Assembly (NCBI GenBank): GCA_043228905.1
Contig: JBHGNT010000006.1
Location: forward strand, 4,650,001 to 4,714,000
Direction: 5' to 3'
DNA length: 64,000 nt
Source: Azolla caroliniana
Taxonomy: Eukaryota > Plantae > Polypodiophyta
Within the stretch, counting starts at the first letter, position 1. Every line of letters begins with the position of its first letter. The translations under genes were made by a program, and so were the position numbers. Of this stretch, positions 21,419 to 33,781 are shown one piece after another. Below the pieces are notes generated by a model that saw only the letters and a program-made list of their open reading frames with translations, was not told the origin of the DNA and searched no databases.

Positions 21419-24400
21419 ACGTTCTTGGATAAATCCCGTCTATGAATCATGCACAATCTCTAGAAGAAAGGGTTGTAATCTCAAAGCCAATAACTTAGCA
21501 TAGATTTTGTAAATTGTATTCAATAAAGTGATGGGCCGCCAACCCCTTACCTCATTCGTAAGAACATCACCTTTCGGAATGAGGCATGTTAATCCCTGTT
21601 TCCACTTTTGTGGCATAATACCTGTATTGAACATTTCTTGAAATGCTGCCAGTATATCATCGGCAATCAAATCCCAATATGTAATGAAAAAATCTCTTCC
21701 CATTCCATCTACTCCCGGGGACACATCTGGCCCAACACCTTTAATAGCTTGTAATATTTCAAAGGAGGAAAATGGACGAAGAAGCTGAAGAGGGATTTGA
21801 GATGTTACCTAAACTGTAGTAGCAACCCATACTTTTTGGCGCATTTGTAGAGTTTCAACACTTGGAGTATATGCTGATAACAACGACTCATAATAAATAG
21901 CTACAATATTCCTCATTTCATCTCTATCCATTGTAACTGTGCCATCATATCTTTTCAACTGTATAATCTGAATTTTATTTCTTTTAGGCATAACATGTTG
22001 GAATTTTTTTTTTGACATGGTGTCACCTTTTGCACACCATCTTGTTGCAGATGCTCAAAGAAAGAATTGAACATGTTTTTGCTGCAAAGAAGAAATAAGC
22101 ATTGTAGCATTTTGTAATTCACAATGAATATATTGAGAATGAGGTTGTTTTTCTTGCAAAATTTGAAGAGAAGCCAAAACTCTTTTAGCATTCAACAAAT
22201 TTCTGGTGTAACTACTTTGTTTTACCTAAGTTAACTTGTTGTATAAAGAAGTTGGAAACTGCGATAAGAGCATTCTGTAATTTTTGACAATTAGAATCCC
22301 CTATAGCCATTCTCCAAAGTGACAAAACTGTATTCTGCTAATTCATATTGTCAACAATAAACCTTGGCACATACAATCGAGAAATAGAAGTATGGTTGTC
22401 CATACAGAATTTGAGCATAATCGGGGCATGATTTGAGAACAAAGTGCCCAATATAATACCCACATATCCTCCACAATCCCAAAACAAAGAATCTACATAA
22501 AACCTATCTATTCTCAACAAATTGAGAGCGGAACTTCTTCGATTGGAACGTGAGTATAACAAGGAATCGGGCATGCGAGAGAAGGTAGGAATATGCCACA
22601 AATCAGTAACTTCATATTTGAAAATTAATTTCTCCCACTCACGCAATTCCAAACCCAAGATAGTAGCAAAAGATCTGCCTAATCTATCAATAGGGCTTTC
22701 AATCATGTTCCAATCACCACACATACACCAATTTTGTGCCACAGGAAGATCTTGCAATAACTTATTCCACAATTGAATTCTTCCAGTAGCAGAATTCGGA
22801 GCATATATATTCAAAAAACCAATCAATTTTCCAGGGATAAGAATAAGCATATACTGAACTCTACCACCAAACAAGACTCCTTTAGCTTGTACATGAGACT
22901 GCCATTGCATTCTAAGTGCGATACAAAGGCCACCTTGAGTACCAGAGGGTCCAAAAGCCGGAACCCATTCATAAATCCAATTACCACGTAGTAAATTCCT
23001 ATTCGATGCTATCCTTCGTGAATTAAGATGGTGTTCTTGAAAGCATAGCATATCAAGTCGACCTATAGAAGGTAAAGATAATTCTTGATTCATGTAACAT
23101 CTTACTCTATTACAACGACTCACACCTAACCCTTGAAGGTTCCAAGATAAAATATTAAAATAATCCATATCAAGATTGAGATGGAGAAGACCTCTTATCA
23201 GTCAAAACCACTTGTCTCTCCTTTTGAGACGAGGTTACTGCTCTTGTTATTCTTTTTTCCACACGAGAATCCTTGAATAAAACATGATGGTCTTTATATA
23301 CCCTATTTTTGCTATTCCCAAGTGCTTCTATAGTATCCTTTGCAGATGTAAAAACATACGGTGATTGCCCGACCCCTGTCTGCAAAACAGTTGAATATGA
23401 TCGAGCATCTACCTTTGGATCATTATGTTGAAATGATGTTATCATTTTCTGAACTGACGCTTTAACTTTTGTCGGAACTTGTTCTGGCATTGGGTCGATG
23501 ACTGGAACAATTTCCAAAGAGGAAATAGAAATCGGCATAACTACATCTTTTTGCAAAGCGTCCAACTACATTCATGCAATACTTAGGGAGGAGGAATGGC
23601 TAGAATGATCTCCAAAGATGGAGCAGAAACCGACATTCCTAAATCTTGCCTCAAAGTGTCCATACTACATTCCGATAGTGCAGATTGAGGGAAATTGGAG
23701 CAAATCATATCCACACATTTTCCCTTACCCACTTTATCTAATGATGTATCGAAACCCTTTGGCAACAATGAACTGACAACACTATTATTTTGCTTATTCA
23801 TAGCTACAATAGGCTTCCCATGGGCAGTCAAACAAGAAAAACATTGGTTGGGCAAACCGAAGTAAAGCACTTTCTGAATTTTTTTAAACATATTACCTTG
23901 CAGTTTTGGAAAGCAAATCCAATTAGGTAACATTGCATCTTTTTTGCAAAGTATCTTGACAGACGGAGCTCCTCCTTTTTCTACAATATCCCTAAATGTA
24001 GATGAGTTAACATGTAAAACTCTACCAATTGTTGCCTCGATTTTGTGAAGAACCTCCCTCCATTCCTTATCTAAGCCTGGAAAAACAACAGTACACGTAA
24101 AGTATCCCGTTGCCTCCACCTGTAGGACTGCCGTATCAAAACCATGGGTCCATGGGAAAAAAAGAACCCATGCACTTGAGATGTCTATGAAGTGAATGGA
24201 AAGGAGATTGTAAAAAGAAGAATGATATTCAAACTCCAATTGATAGCAACATCGGCCCATCAATTGTATATCAATAATCTTATCTAGTTTCGCCTTTAAC
24301 GCTGCTTGGAGAAGATGACGAAGATCTCCTCTACTCGGTCATTTTCCCAAAACTTGGGCAACAACCGAGCAGTGCTCGAATCATTTAACTTCATTGAGGA

Positions 24401-24818
24401 CAATGAGCTCATCTTCCGGTGCCAATTGGACATCAATAGTACCGTCAATCGTAGGAGAAGCATGAGCCGATTCATTGGATCACTCCTTGGGCGTTGACGA
24501 AGACGGTGTATACATAAACTCTTTTCTTGTGATGAGTTTGTAAGATTCCCTATTTCCTAATTAATCGTTCTCTTTTGCCTTCCAATTCCTTCTCCTTACT
24601 TTTCCCCAACCACCACCACCACTAATTTCATTTGCGTCTACTTCTCACATGAGTTGTGATGGATAATAGAGTTAATCTGGACAGAAATCAAACCTGTTGG
24701 AAGAGATATTGCAACGTAGCAGAACGAATTTGCAGCCCACTAGTTGCTTTCCTTCCTCTGTTGTGAAGACCGTGAAGCTCAGAGAAAGGAGAGAATCGCC
24801 GAATAAGGTCACGTGGGC
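21419..24818 (-). mobile_element. L1-clade LINE (ORF1 plus ORF2 endonuclease and start of RT), degenerate
   Basis: ORF1 remnants with DUF4283-like text and CFSC knuckle (23170 to about 24500). APE endonuclease ILSWNLQGL/FQEHH/NIYAPN/GDWN/RIDRFY/SNHAPI (22338-23168). RT start SPGVDG...WRPITLLNTIYKIYAK (21440-21724). The 5' boundary is approximate. Confidence 0.9.
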
Positions 24819-26229
24819 TGATCCGCAACGAACTTTCTACAACCTTCCTTATCTTTCGATTCATCTTTCTCCTCATCCGAACATCCTTTTATCGGAATAT
24901 CATCCAAGAATGGCATCGTGATGTCCGGAATGCAATCCTTCAAGACTTTATTCATGGCATTCACCATATGAGCCACCGAGCTCGTTGCGCCTTGGCGTAA
25001 GGTACACATCCGCACAAGCCCGATCGGAGTCCTCATGGTTGTAATGTCTTGACTGTCGATCGCCAATTGGAATTGGTCATATTCGGAGTAGAGATCGCCA
25101 ATGGAGTAGATGAACCGGCCCGCAAACGCTTCGGCAAATTCGTCCACGCTTGGACCGATTCCGACATTTCGAATTGTCACCTTGTTGACGGGTTGAAGAT
25201 CTTGGATGAATCGCAATGATCCATTCTTCTTCGGCACCGTGAACCACCTATTGGAGTAAGGAGCATTCGACGGTTCTAGAATTCCCATACTCACCTTCTC
25301 CTTTAAGAGCTCGATCAGCTTCGGAAGGTGTGCTCTCGAAACCGGTATCGGTTTCAAATTCCAAGGCACATGAGGCACCGTGAAGATCACCATTGGCTCT
25401 ATAACCTTTGGGTCGGCGCATCTGATTTCTCGTGGGAAGAATGCGAAAGCCTTCCCATGTCTCTCAAGCATATCGCAAAACATTCGCTCCTCTTTAGGGA
25501 GAAGGAAATCCTCCTTTCCAACTCGTAGCTTCCCTTTCGTCTCTTTGGTGAAGACATGACCTATCTTCTTCGGATCTCTTAAGCTTGGATCGTTAGCGAC
25601 TTCCTTCATCTTTTGCCAACTATCTTCCGGTAACGGAACCACAACTGGCTTGATCTTCTTATCCACCGTTTCATATTTCGTGTTGATGTCAGCTTCCTTC
25701 ATCGAGATGCCACGATGGTATTCATCGATGATAGCGTACATGTTGACAGAGTTAACCAAAATCACGCGTTGGTTGTGAAGATAGCTCAAGTCCACAACGT
25801 CCTCGATTTCGCCAATGGTGTCGTTAAATGAGGCTTCTTCCATAATATGAGTCACGAACTCTCCTTCTTCTATTATGTTCTCTTCTTTCAGCATCTTCTC
25901 AAATTCTTGTATCCAGCGCTTGTGCTTCTTGTCGGGTAGTACTAGTTTACATGCGCCACTAGGTGTGACACATGTTGCTTCTCCTTGCAATCCACGCACT
26001 CTTCTTTCTTGTGGGGTCTTGTGATTGCTCGGACTATTTGTGTCCCATGCTTCAATAGTCCGCTCTAAAAATCCGAGGATTCGCCTCCGAGACTATCTCG
26101 ATTCCTTTCATGATTGGCTCGCACCATTAGGAATTGGACCGATCTTTGGTTGTCAAGACTCTTTCTTCGTGCGAAGGCTGCTCCATTATCGAACACTTTG
26201 GTCTCCATCCGAGATGATGTGATATAAGG

Positions 26230-27957
26230 TTACCCTAGGATGACAGGATGCGACGCCGATTCTTGTACGAAGAAGTGTTGATCCATCTCCACATCCCCGA
26301 TCGTGACTTTGACATTGGGACAAGCTCCGTACAAATCCTCCGTAGACTTTGTCGCCGCGCGAATCTTCCATCCGTGGTTTGTATTGATTGGCCATCTTCT
26401 TTTTTTGTAGAAGTCGGTTGACATGAGGTTGATCTCCGAGCCGTGGTCGATCAAGGCTACCACGGTCTCTTTCTTCTCCCCGATCTTCACCGGCGTCTCC
26501 GTTGTCGCTCGTGCCCAATGGGGTCGAGTGTAGTGGCTGTCCACCATATCTTCATCGATTTCGTCTCTTGCCATCGTTATGGCATTTGTTTTTACTTTTT
26601 GCGGCTTCTCTTCTTCCTCGTCCAATTGTTGTCTCTTTCTCTTTACAAGGTCCACGATCGTGTCATGGAACTCCTTCTTCGTAATGCCAAGCAATTCCCT
26701 CAAGGACAAAGTTACATGGCTATCAAGAACTCGTTCTTCGAGAATCTTCTTTAGGTCCGTCGTCTGCTCTATGTCCGACCTTAGCTTATAGGTAGGTATA
26801 GTCCTTGTCCTCCGAGCGGGGTCTTTGACACCAACCTTCACGGGCCGAACCGTTTCTTCAACTCGTATGCCCGGCTCCCCTTTTCGGCTTGATTCTCGTT
26901 CCTCCGTTTGTAAAGGTCGACTCGTCTCCGCATCGTCCTTCTTTTTCGCGTTCCTTGTTTCATGTCTTTTTGATGGGCCTTGCTCTTCTATTCTCTTTCT
27001 CTTTTCTTCGATGAACACCTCGTGGTTGTCGCACATCACCTCTGCGAGTATGGTGTTGTCGTCCACCGGATCCGACCACCCGGTTATGCTTTGCACGCTT
27101 CGGTCCGCAAGCTCTACCTCGTTCGATGTGACTTTTCCCTTCTTCTCATATTCGAGAACGAAAGTCCAAAACTTTGCTCCCGCTCTAGCAGCTTCAATCT
27201 TGTCTTTCCCGACTCTTATTCCGGCCGACGCAGCATAGTGCATCGCATCCACATGAATCGCATCGGCATCCTCCATAGATTTCTTCATTCCTCCTCTTCC
27301 GAAATTCACCCGTAGGGGTCTTCTAGTCTCGCTTGAGCAGATCATGTTGTCCTCTATGTATACAATATTTTGTCGAATCGCCTCTCGAAGGCTCGCACAA
27401 TCCCTTCTCATGTGGTCCATGCTATCGCACCACACGCATCTAAAGGGTTCTTTTCCTTTAGGGCCCCGACGATTCATGTTGGCTAGCGTGACCTTCTCGA
27501 ACTTCTTTGCTAGCTCTTCAATGATGTCGTCATCAATCTTCTTTTCTTCCACGTTACTTTGTCTTAGCGGCTCAGCTACTTTTGGCGGTCTTGCTTTCTC
27601 CGTGGTAGTCGGTCCCGTCAAGTCGGTGTCATCAACCCATTGGCGACGCTTGTCGAGCCTATTGCATGCCCGCTTCACCGCGATCCAGTCCGCTACGAGC
27701 CCATTTGCTTGGGTATCATCTTCGAGAAGAGTCCCCAACTCCCGTCTATCCTTTATGTCCACGGCCTTCAAGAAGTACAAAGTCTTGTCCTCTTCAAGCA
27801 ACACTTGGTCCATATTGGGGAGACGACTAAACATCTGGTCGAATTCGTCGTACACCCTCGAGACGCTCATCTTCTTATTCTTCTTCTCTATCCACTTCAT
27901 CAGGGCATGTCGAGTCATCCTCGTTGAGTCTTCAGTCACGAACTCCGCTAGTATCAT
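26230..27957 (-). CDS. gypsy Gag-protease (element E), 575-aa intact segment
   Basis: Zinc knuckle, WARATTETPVKIG, ALIDHGSEINLM. Confidence 0.85.
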   Translation of the reverse strand: MILAEFVTEDSTRMTRHALMKWIEKKNKKMSVSRVYDEFDQMFSRLPNMDQVLLEEDKTLYFLKAVDIKDRRELGTLLEDDTQANGLVADWIAVKRACNRLDKRRQWVDDTDLTGPTTTEKARPPKVAEPLRQSNVEEKKIDDDIIEELAKKFEKVTLANMNRRGPKGKEPFRCVWCDSMDHMRRDCASLREAIRQNIVYIEDNMICSSETRRPLRVNFGRGGMKKSMEDADAIHVDAMHYAASAGIRVGKDKIEAARAGAKFWTFVLEYEKKGKVTSNEVELADRSVQSITGWSDPVDDNTILAEVMCDNHEVFIEEKRKRIEEQGPSKRHETRNAKKKDDAETSRPLQTEERESSRKGEPGIRVEETVRPVKVGVKDPARRTRTIPTYKLRSDIEQTTDLKKILEERVLDSHVTLSLRELLGITKKEFHDTIVDLVKRKRQQLDEEEEKPQKVKTNAITMARDEIDEDMVDSHYTRPHWARATTETPVKIGEKKETVVALIDHGSEINLMSTDFYKKRRWPINTNHGWKIRAATKSTEDLYGACPNVKVTIGDVEMDQHFFVQESASHPVILG

Positions 27958-28789
27958 TTTCTTGAACTCGGACCATGTTGTCTTACCTTCTTGAAGCTCG
28001 ATGACGCGTCTTTAGATGTTGTTGGCGACAACTCTCTTGACGCTTGCAATTTGACGTGCCTCGGACACGTCCCTCTGATTCATCTTCCTTCTATATGCAT
28101 CAAGGAACTTCGTAACGTTCCTTCCATCGAATTGGCCCTTGAGCTCTACGACACGATCGACAGCCTTCTCCACGCTCGCGTCGTTGTCCCGAGATCTCAT
28201 CATTTGCTCGACGATTAGCATCATCCTTTCGAGCTCTCTTGCTTGGTTGCTTGAGGACGCCATCTCCAAGTATTAATCTCGACTTTATCCTTCCTACCGC
28301 CTCTTTCACGTCGGGTTCACCACTTAATTATGTTGTGAAGATCCGTCACTACGCGTGGATCGTGAGGCGGAACCGCCGGGGTTCTGGACCGGAAGGATTC
28401 AAAGTCGGTACAAGCTTTGGGGCAAGCTTTAGCGAGAAAGTACTTAAGATAGATTGGGAAAGAGAGAAGTTGAGATTACACGATTGAGAAAGATTGATTG
28501 AACTTTTAACTTTAGATTTAAGAAATAAGTTACACGATCAATTTGATAACGAATTTCCTCTTCTTAATTTCATAAAAAAAACGTGTTTTTTCTCCTCCCC
28601 CTTCCTTCTTTTATAGATGCTCCCATGCATATGATGCATGTGAGGGTACAAGACATGCATAAATTGCATGTTTGCCATTTGGCGCTTATGTATTACATGT
28701 GGTGCATGATAACCATGTCACTCATTTTAGCTCTCATGTATGAGAATTTACATGTAAAAGTACAATGATAGAAATATAATTTCAACTCA

Positions 28790-28905
28790 ATAGCATGGCT
28801 TAATGGTAAGCCAATTGACTCCTAACTTGGAGGTGCAAGGTTTGAATCCTTACTTGCCCTCCTTGTATATGTATATATGTATATATATTTATATATTTAT
28901 TTATC
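28790..28905 (+). mobile_element. tRNA-derived SINE-like segment inside the LTR of element E
   Basis: A-box-like TGGCTTAATGG (28796-28806), B-box-like GGTTTGAATCC (28839-28849), then a (TA)n tail. Confidence 0.55.
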
Positions 28906-29461
28906 TAGTCGCCCGACGCCGTTTCGTCGGATGTCGTCGGTTACCGGTGCCTCGCCGATTGCCGCCGCCGGATGCCATCGGTTACCAATGCCTTGCCGGA
29001 TGCCGTCGTCTCACCGGCAGCCAGTTACCGGATTGTCGTCGGATGTCGCCAGATCACCAGCTCCATTGCCGGTCCGGTTTTGGTTGGCCAAAACCCTTTA
29101 CGAATAGTTAGCCCACCTCCACTCTTAGTTCAAGTTACCTTGACCTCTCTATGCTCCACACATAGACACAAAGATAATATCTTTTGCTCTACCTTATATA
29201 TGATGAGAGCCGTATTTGTCGTGCCTATGTGGGATATCTCACAATTTTCTCTTTTCCTTTCACAAACTTTATACCCTCATATCTTGACATTTAGTTGTTT
29301 GTTTCTCTTGTAATAAAGTGCATTCGAAACCTCCATCATTTTGTACTTAGATATTAAATTTATTTTAAATGTTATCTTCACAATTATTGTATTATGTGAT
29401 TCATACTCGATTTCGTACATTTTATGGGATTTTCACACTATTGCCGAAAATCTTCACGACA

Positions 29462-31556
29462 CCGTGAGGAGGCGTGGCCCGGAGCGAACACGTACGAAGA
29501 TGAGGATGCGAGGCCCAAAACGTGCATGTACGAGAAGACCGACGGAGAGGTCGGGAGCGGCAAAGAGGAGAGAGTCGGGAACCGACCCGACCGGAAGATG
29601 AACCGGTCGATAATCCGACACGACCGAAAGACGAGACGGAAGAAGATTGGAGCGGGGTCCGATCAACCGGGCCCGAACCGAAGAAAAGCCAGCAAGGCCG
29701 GATTTGTGCGGACAAACATGTACCGGCCGGTTACGATTACGAAAGGGAGCCGACCAAACCGGAACTCGATCGGCCGAGACCGATCCGGGCGAAGGCTAAG
29801 TCGGCATGATTGGAGGTCGAGGCGAACGTGCCACAACACCCGGTGGGAGCCGGTGAGCGCGAGAAGGAGGCTAACCAGGCACGGTGATTACGGCTTGGCG
29901 GAAGACCGAGAGCAAGAGGAACCCTCCACACCTATTCTTGAGACTTCGGCGGTTGCGGATCAACATAAGACCAAAGAGACGGCGGGTGGCGGCGAGGAGT
30001 CGGAGACCGGAACGGACGAGGCTACCGGAACGGGTACCCGGTGCGTGAAGACGGACGAGCACGGCCTAGACGGCAAGCCGGAGTCGGAAGGGGCTACGGC
30101 AACAAAGGACGAAGAGACCGACGCGGAGGTCGGGTCTACGACGCATGAGGCGCGTAATACGAAGCATGCACTACAGCCAGCGAAGGGCCAAGAAGTAAGC
30201 ATGCACCCGGAAGAGCACAACGAGTGACCGGCAACGGCAGACCGGTCGAGCCTTTGCGAGGAATGCACGCGGCGAGAGACAGAGTGGTGAGGTGCCAATA
30301 TCGGCGGATGATCGGCGAGCATGGAAGGTTATGTCTTAAGAACCGAAGGAGGTGCGTGGAGAGCAACGGGCTACGCGTCGGGAAGAGGAAGCATGGCGTC
30401 CCGGAAGGCATGCGAGGCCAAGCGGGCCAAGAGGACCAGAGTCGGGATGAAGCGGTAACGGGAGTCGCGAAGGACACTGACATGGTGGTCGGGATGACGG
30501 TACACTCTACGGTGAGAGAGCACGGCGAGCGAGGGAGAAGCAAGGAGCGTGTAATGGGGTCACGTAAGGACCGAAGAACGAGCGCGCATTCGATGGATGA
30601 CAACGACGCACGGAAAGTGCCTACGGAAGCCGAGCGCAGAACGAAGGGAGTCAGTACGAGGTGTTCGGGGCGAGGAGAAGGTCGAGCCGGAGGTGGAACA
30701 CACGCGATACGCGAGGAGCGGCACCCGACGAGTAATCGAAGTAATCGGGGATCTAACCGGAGGACATGCGCGGTGAGCGAAGGAAGGGAGACCGGATCGG
30801 CAACAGTGTTCGGGATGGTCGGTCGAAGAAGGAGCATGCGCTGGACGTGGTGAATTGGATGGAGTCGGTGGGTCGGGGCCGGTAAGGAGCCGACAAGACG
30901 GATCGGTGCCGGCAAGGGACCGGCAAGACGGTTGGGTGCCGGTAAGGCGAAAGACCCGGTTGATCACCGTCGCCGAAATCTCTCACCCTTTTCCTTTCTT
31001 GGCACATACTAGTGGATGTGCGGTTTGGTGGGGGTGGATGTCGTGAAGATTTTCGGCTATAGTGTGAAACCGGGGTGGAATGGGCAAATCGGTGGTGTGC
31101 AACATGTGCACGTGTATACTAGGAAATAGTGTGTAGAAAGAAGAGGGGAATTTTATCCCACATTGTAAGGTCCCTCCCTCCTTGGGCTATAAAAGGAAGG
31201 GAGGGGTCACTTATGAGGGGTTGCCTATTTTGAGGGAGAAAGGCATACCACTTAGGTCGAGGGTTTCCTATTCGGTTTTAGGATTTCGGTTAGGGTTTTC
31301 TTCTTGGGTTTTCCTTTAGGGTTTTTCTCATAGTCGTTTGGTGCGGCCATGGCGGCCACCATTGTAAAGCGTTTATGTTTCCTTAAGCTAACTTGTTGAG
31401 CATCTTGCCCCGTCTATTCTATGTTATTGTCTTATTCTTTCTCACCTCCTCTTGAGCTAAGCTTCCATTTTGTGTCTTATTCTTTCTCCTCTACTCCCTA
31501 GTCCAAGGCCCCCATGGTCCCGCCCCTTCCACACCCACGCACGTAACAACACGACA
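29462..31556 (+). mobile_element. non-autonomous gypsy derivative F: non-coding internal region, PPT, 3' LTR (31039-31556)
   Basis: Carries the element-B repeat unit at about 29918-30000. PPT GGTTTGGTGGGGGTGGA. LTR TGTCGTGAAG...AACAACACGACA. Confidence 0.85.
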
Positions 31557-32585
31557 ATGGCATAGAAATTAATAACCTACCCCCCCCTTAAGTACAACCA
31601 TGGAACTGATCAAACTCTAATATCTCATGAAGACCGTAATAAAGTGATACGCCAAGAAATATGGCAAATTTACACTCGATATAAATGGATCACCCGACGA
31701 GAGCCACTCCCATCTAAAATGTTGTACTATAAGGAACACTTCTTGCACTTCTCTCAGTTAGGTTTTATTACATGACCAAGATATCTAGATACATTCTTAT
31801 CAAATGCACTAAGGGTGACCATTGGTCAGGCTAATAGAGTCCCTAGAGAGGAAAGGCTATGTAGGTTGTGCCACATAGAGATAGAGGATGATTATCACTT
31901 CACATGCAAGTGCCCAACTTATGCCGAGATACGAGTGGAATACCAAGACATATCAGGACCCTCTCCCACCCTCTCCAAACTATTAGATACCCCGGATGTA
32001 AAGAGACTAGGTAGGTATATCTTAGAGCTAAAACAACATAGGGAGAATAAATTACAAAGTGTTAACCATAACCCTTTTACTATTCATCAACTTGTAACTA
32101 GTGTAATTTTTCAGGAACAAGGGGAGACGATGAATGTGGATACACTTACACCACTCGGCCTCTCTCTTGAGGAAGCCGAAATGCAAAGAACAACCAAACG
32201 CCCTCGGATGTTGGGCTTCAAAACAAGTCAACACGGAGTAGAAAAGATTAAGAAGATAAGGGAACGTGAGCTACGACGACTAGAAGCTATGGTTGGGGTA
32301 CCTTTTACATTGGGACCACGGGCCACATCCACATTGAAACCCTTAGACCTCCCGCTTCTCTTCGAGAGACTTGGATGGAAATGAAATTAGGCCTAGTATA
32401 ACATCATTTTCATTGTAGAACATGTTTTTTATATAGAACAAGTTGGTTATTTTAATAGAACTATTTAGCTTAAAACTCTATTTTTATTTTTATTTTTTAC
32501 TTTCGACGAATGGGTAAATATCCCATTTTTTGTTGTAAACCATTTGTCTCATGGGCCAATTTTGGCCTTAGAAGACGTTAATATT

Positions 32586-32615
<30 letters not shown>
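31557..32615 (+). mobile_element. 3' end of an RTE-like non-LTR retrotransposon
   Basis: C-terminal zinc-binding motif ERLCRLC-EIEDDYHFTCKCPTY (ORF 31815-32384), 3' UTR and (TTTC)n tail. A homologous 3' end lies at about 47400-47740. Confidence 0.75.
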
Positions 32616-32616
<1 letters not shown>

Positions 32617-33781
32617 CTCAACCTTTAACATAATTGTGAACCTTACTCAAATCGTAAGTTTCCACCTTGAGTGTTTGAGCTCAACTTGTGCCCTATTGTT
32701 GCTTGTTTCCATATTTTATTAATAGGAATTGTTCTCATTATTCATTTATTGTGCAGCCCTTCATTTTAGTTAAGTGATTAAGGAATATATTGGTAAGTTC
32801 ATTCTCGGCACATATTCTTCATTATTAAATTTTGAGTGTTAGAGTGAGGTTATGAAGGCATCTCATTGTGACCTATCTAATTGCTCCACAAATATGGTGA
32901 GATATTTGCAAAATTGTATTTATCATAACTTAGTGACATTTATAAGAAAAAGGTAGACAATACGAAGCATGCATGAGTCAAATGTTTTTAAGGGTGGAAG
33001 TTAATGTGTTCTTTTTCAAGTTATCTATAACACCATTGGGATGTTTTTCTAGTTTCTTTCAATGTATTTTCTAGAAAACATTGAAGAAATTTGAGAACAA
33101 TGGATCTTTTGATAAAGATTTAGTGCTAATATATTTAATAGTAATCGATAAATTGATAAACAAATAGTACAAATGTGTTTAGAACCATTAGAATCTACAA
33201 TTAACTCTCTCTTTTTTCTCTCAGCAATGGTTTATATTATATCTAGGCGATTTACATGATACTTCATCATAGATTTTTACCTTTTCAACTGCTCTTACAC
33301 TATCATAGACAAACATACCTCCCAAAGCATTGCCAAGAACAGTTATGCATGGCCACATGCCTCATGTTGGTGGAGGACACACAACCATTAACCATGTAGA
33401 ATACATTCATCCTTTCCCATCTCTTCTTGAAAACCTCTTGCTTTCAAAGACTACATTTGAATCACCCTTGGTAGCATCATATTCTCCTTTTAGTGTATGC
33501 ACTAAGGTCAGCCAGATCTCCTTGACTACATCCACAACATTCCATTGAATTTGTTGATATATCCTTTGAGATCTACTAGTCCACAAAACTCACTTAACTC
33601 TTTGAATGGGAAACGTTTTTATAAAGTTGTAACTTCTATGATATGAAAGAAAGTTGAAGGCTTAGCAAATCTTATTGCCCTTTTATATTAGGTTGTGATT
33701 GCATGACTTCCTTCCTTCCAAAATAGAGTGACAAATCTTTCTTCAATATCACATACATGTCTCAAACCTATGAGAATAATG

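Larger units (their letters stand above)
24819..29461 (-). mobile_element. Ty3/gypsy element E (divergent, more AT-rich subfamily): 5' LTR 28331-29461, Trp PBS 28306-28322, gag-PR, RT N-half
   Basis: Gag 28012-28269 plus 26230-27957 (CVWCDSMDHMRRDC, IDHGSEIN). RT 24819-25999 (PFLDDIP) cut by the LINE. LTR region bounded by TGTTGTGAAGAT...ATCTTCACGACA on the + strand and may be composite. Confidence 0.88.

Noticed and set aside
9193-31556. Elements B and F as two halves of one interrupted element
   Set aside because: The LTRs do not match and the flanking 4-mers differ (ACGC vs ATGG; GCGG vs CCGT).
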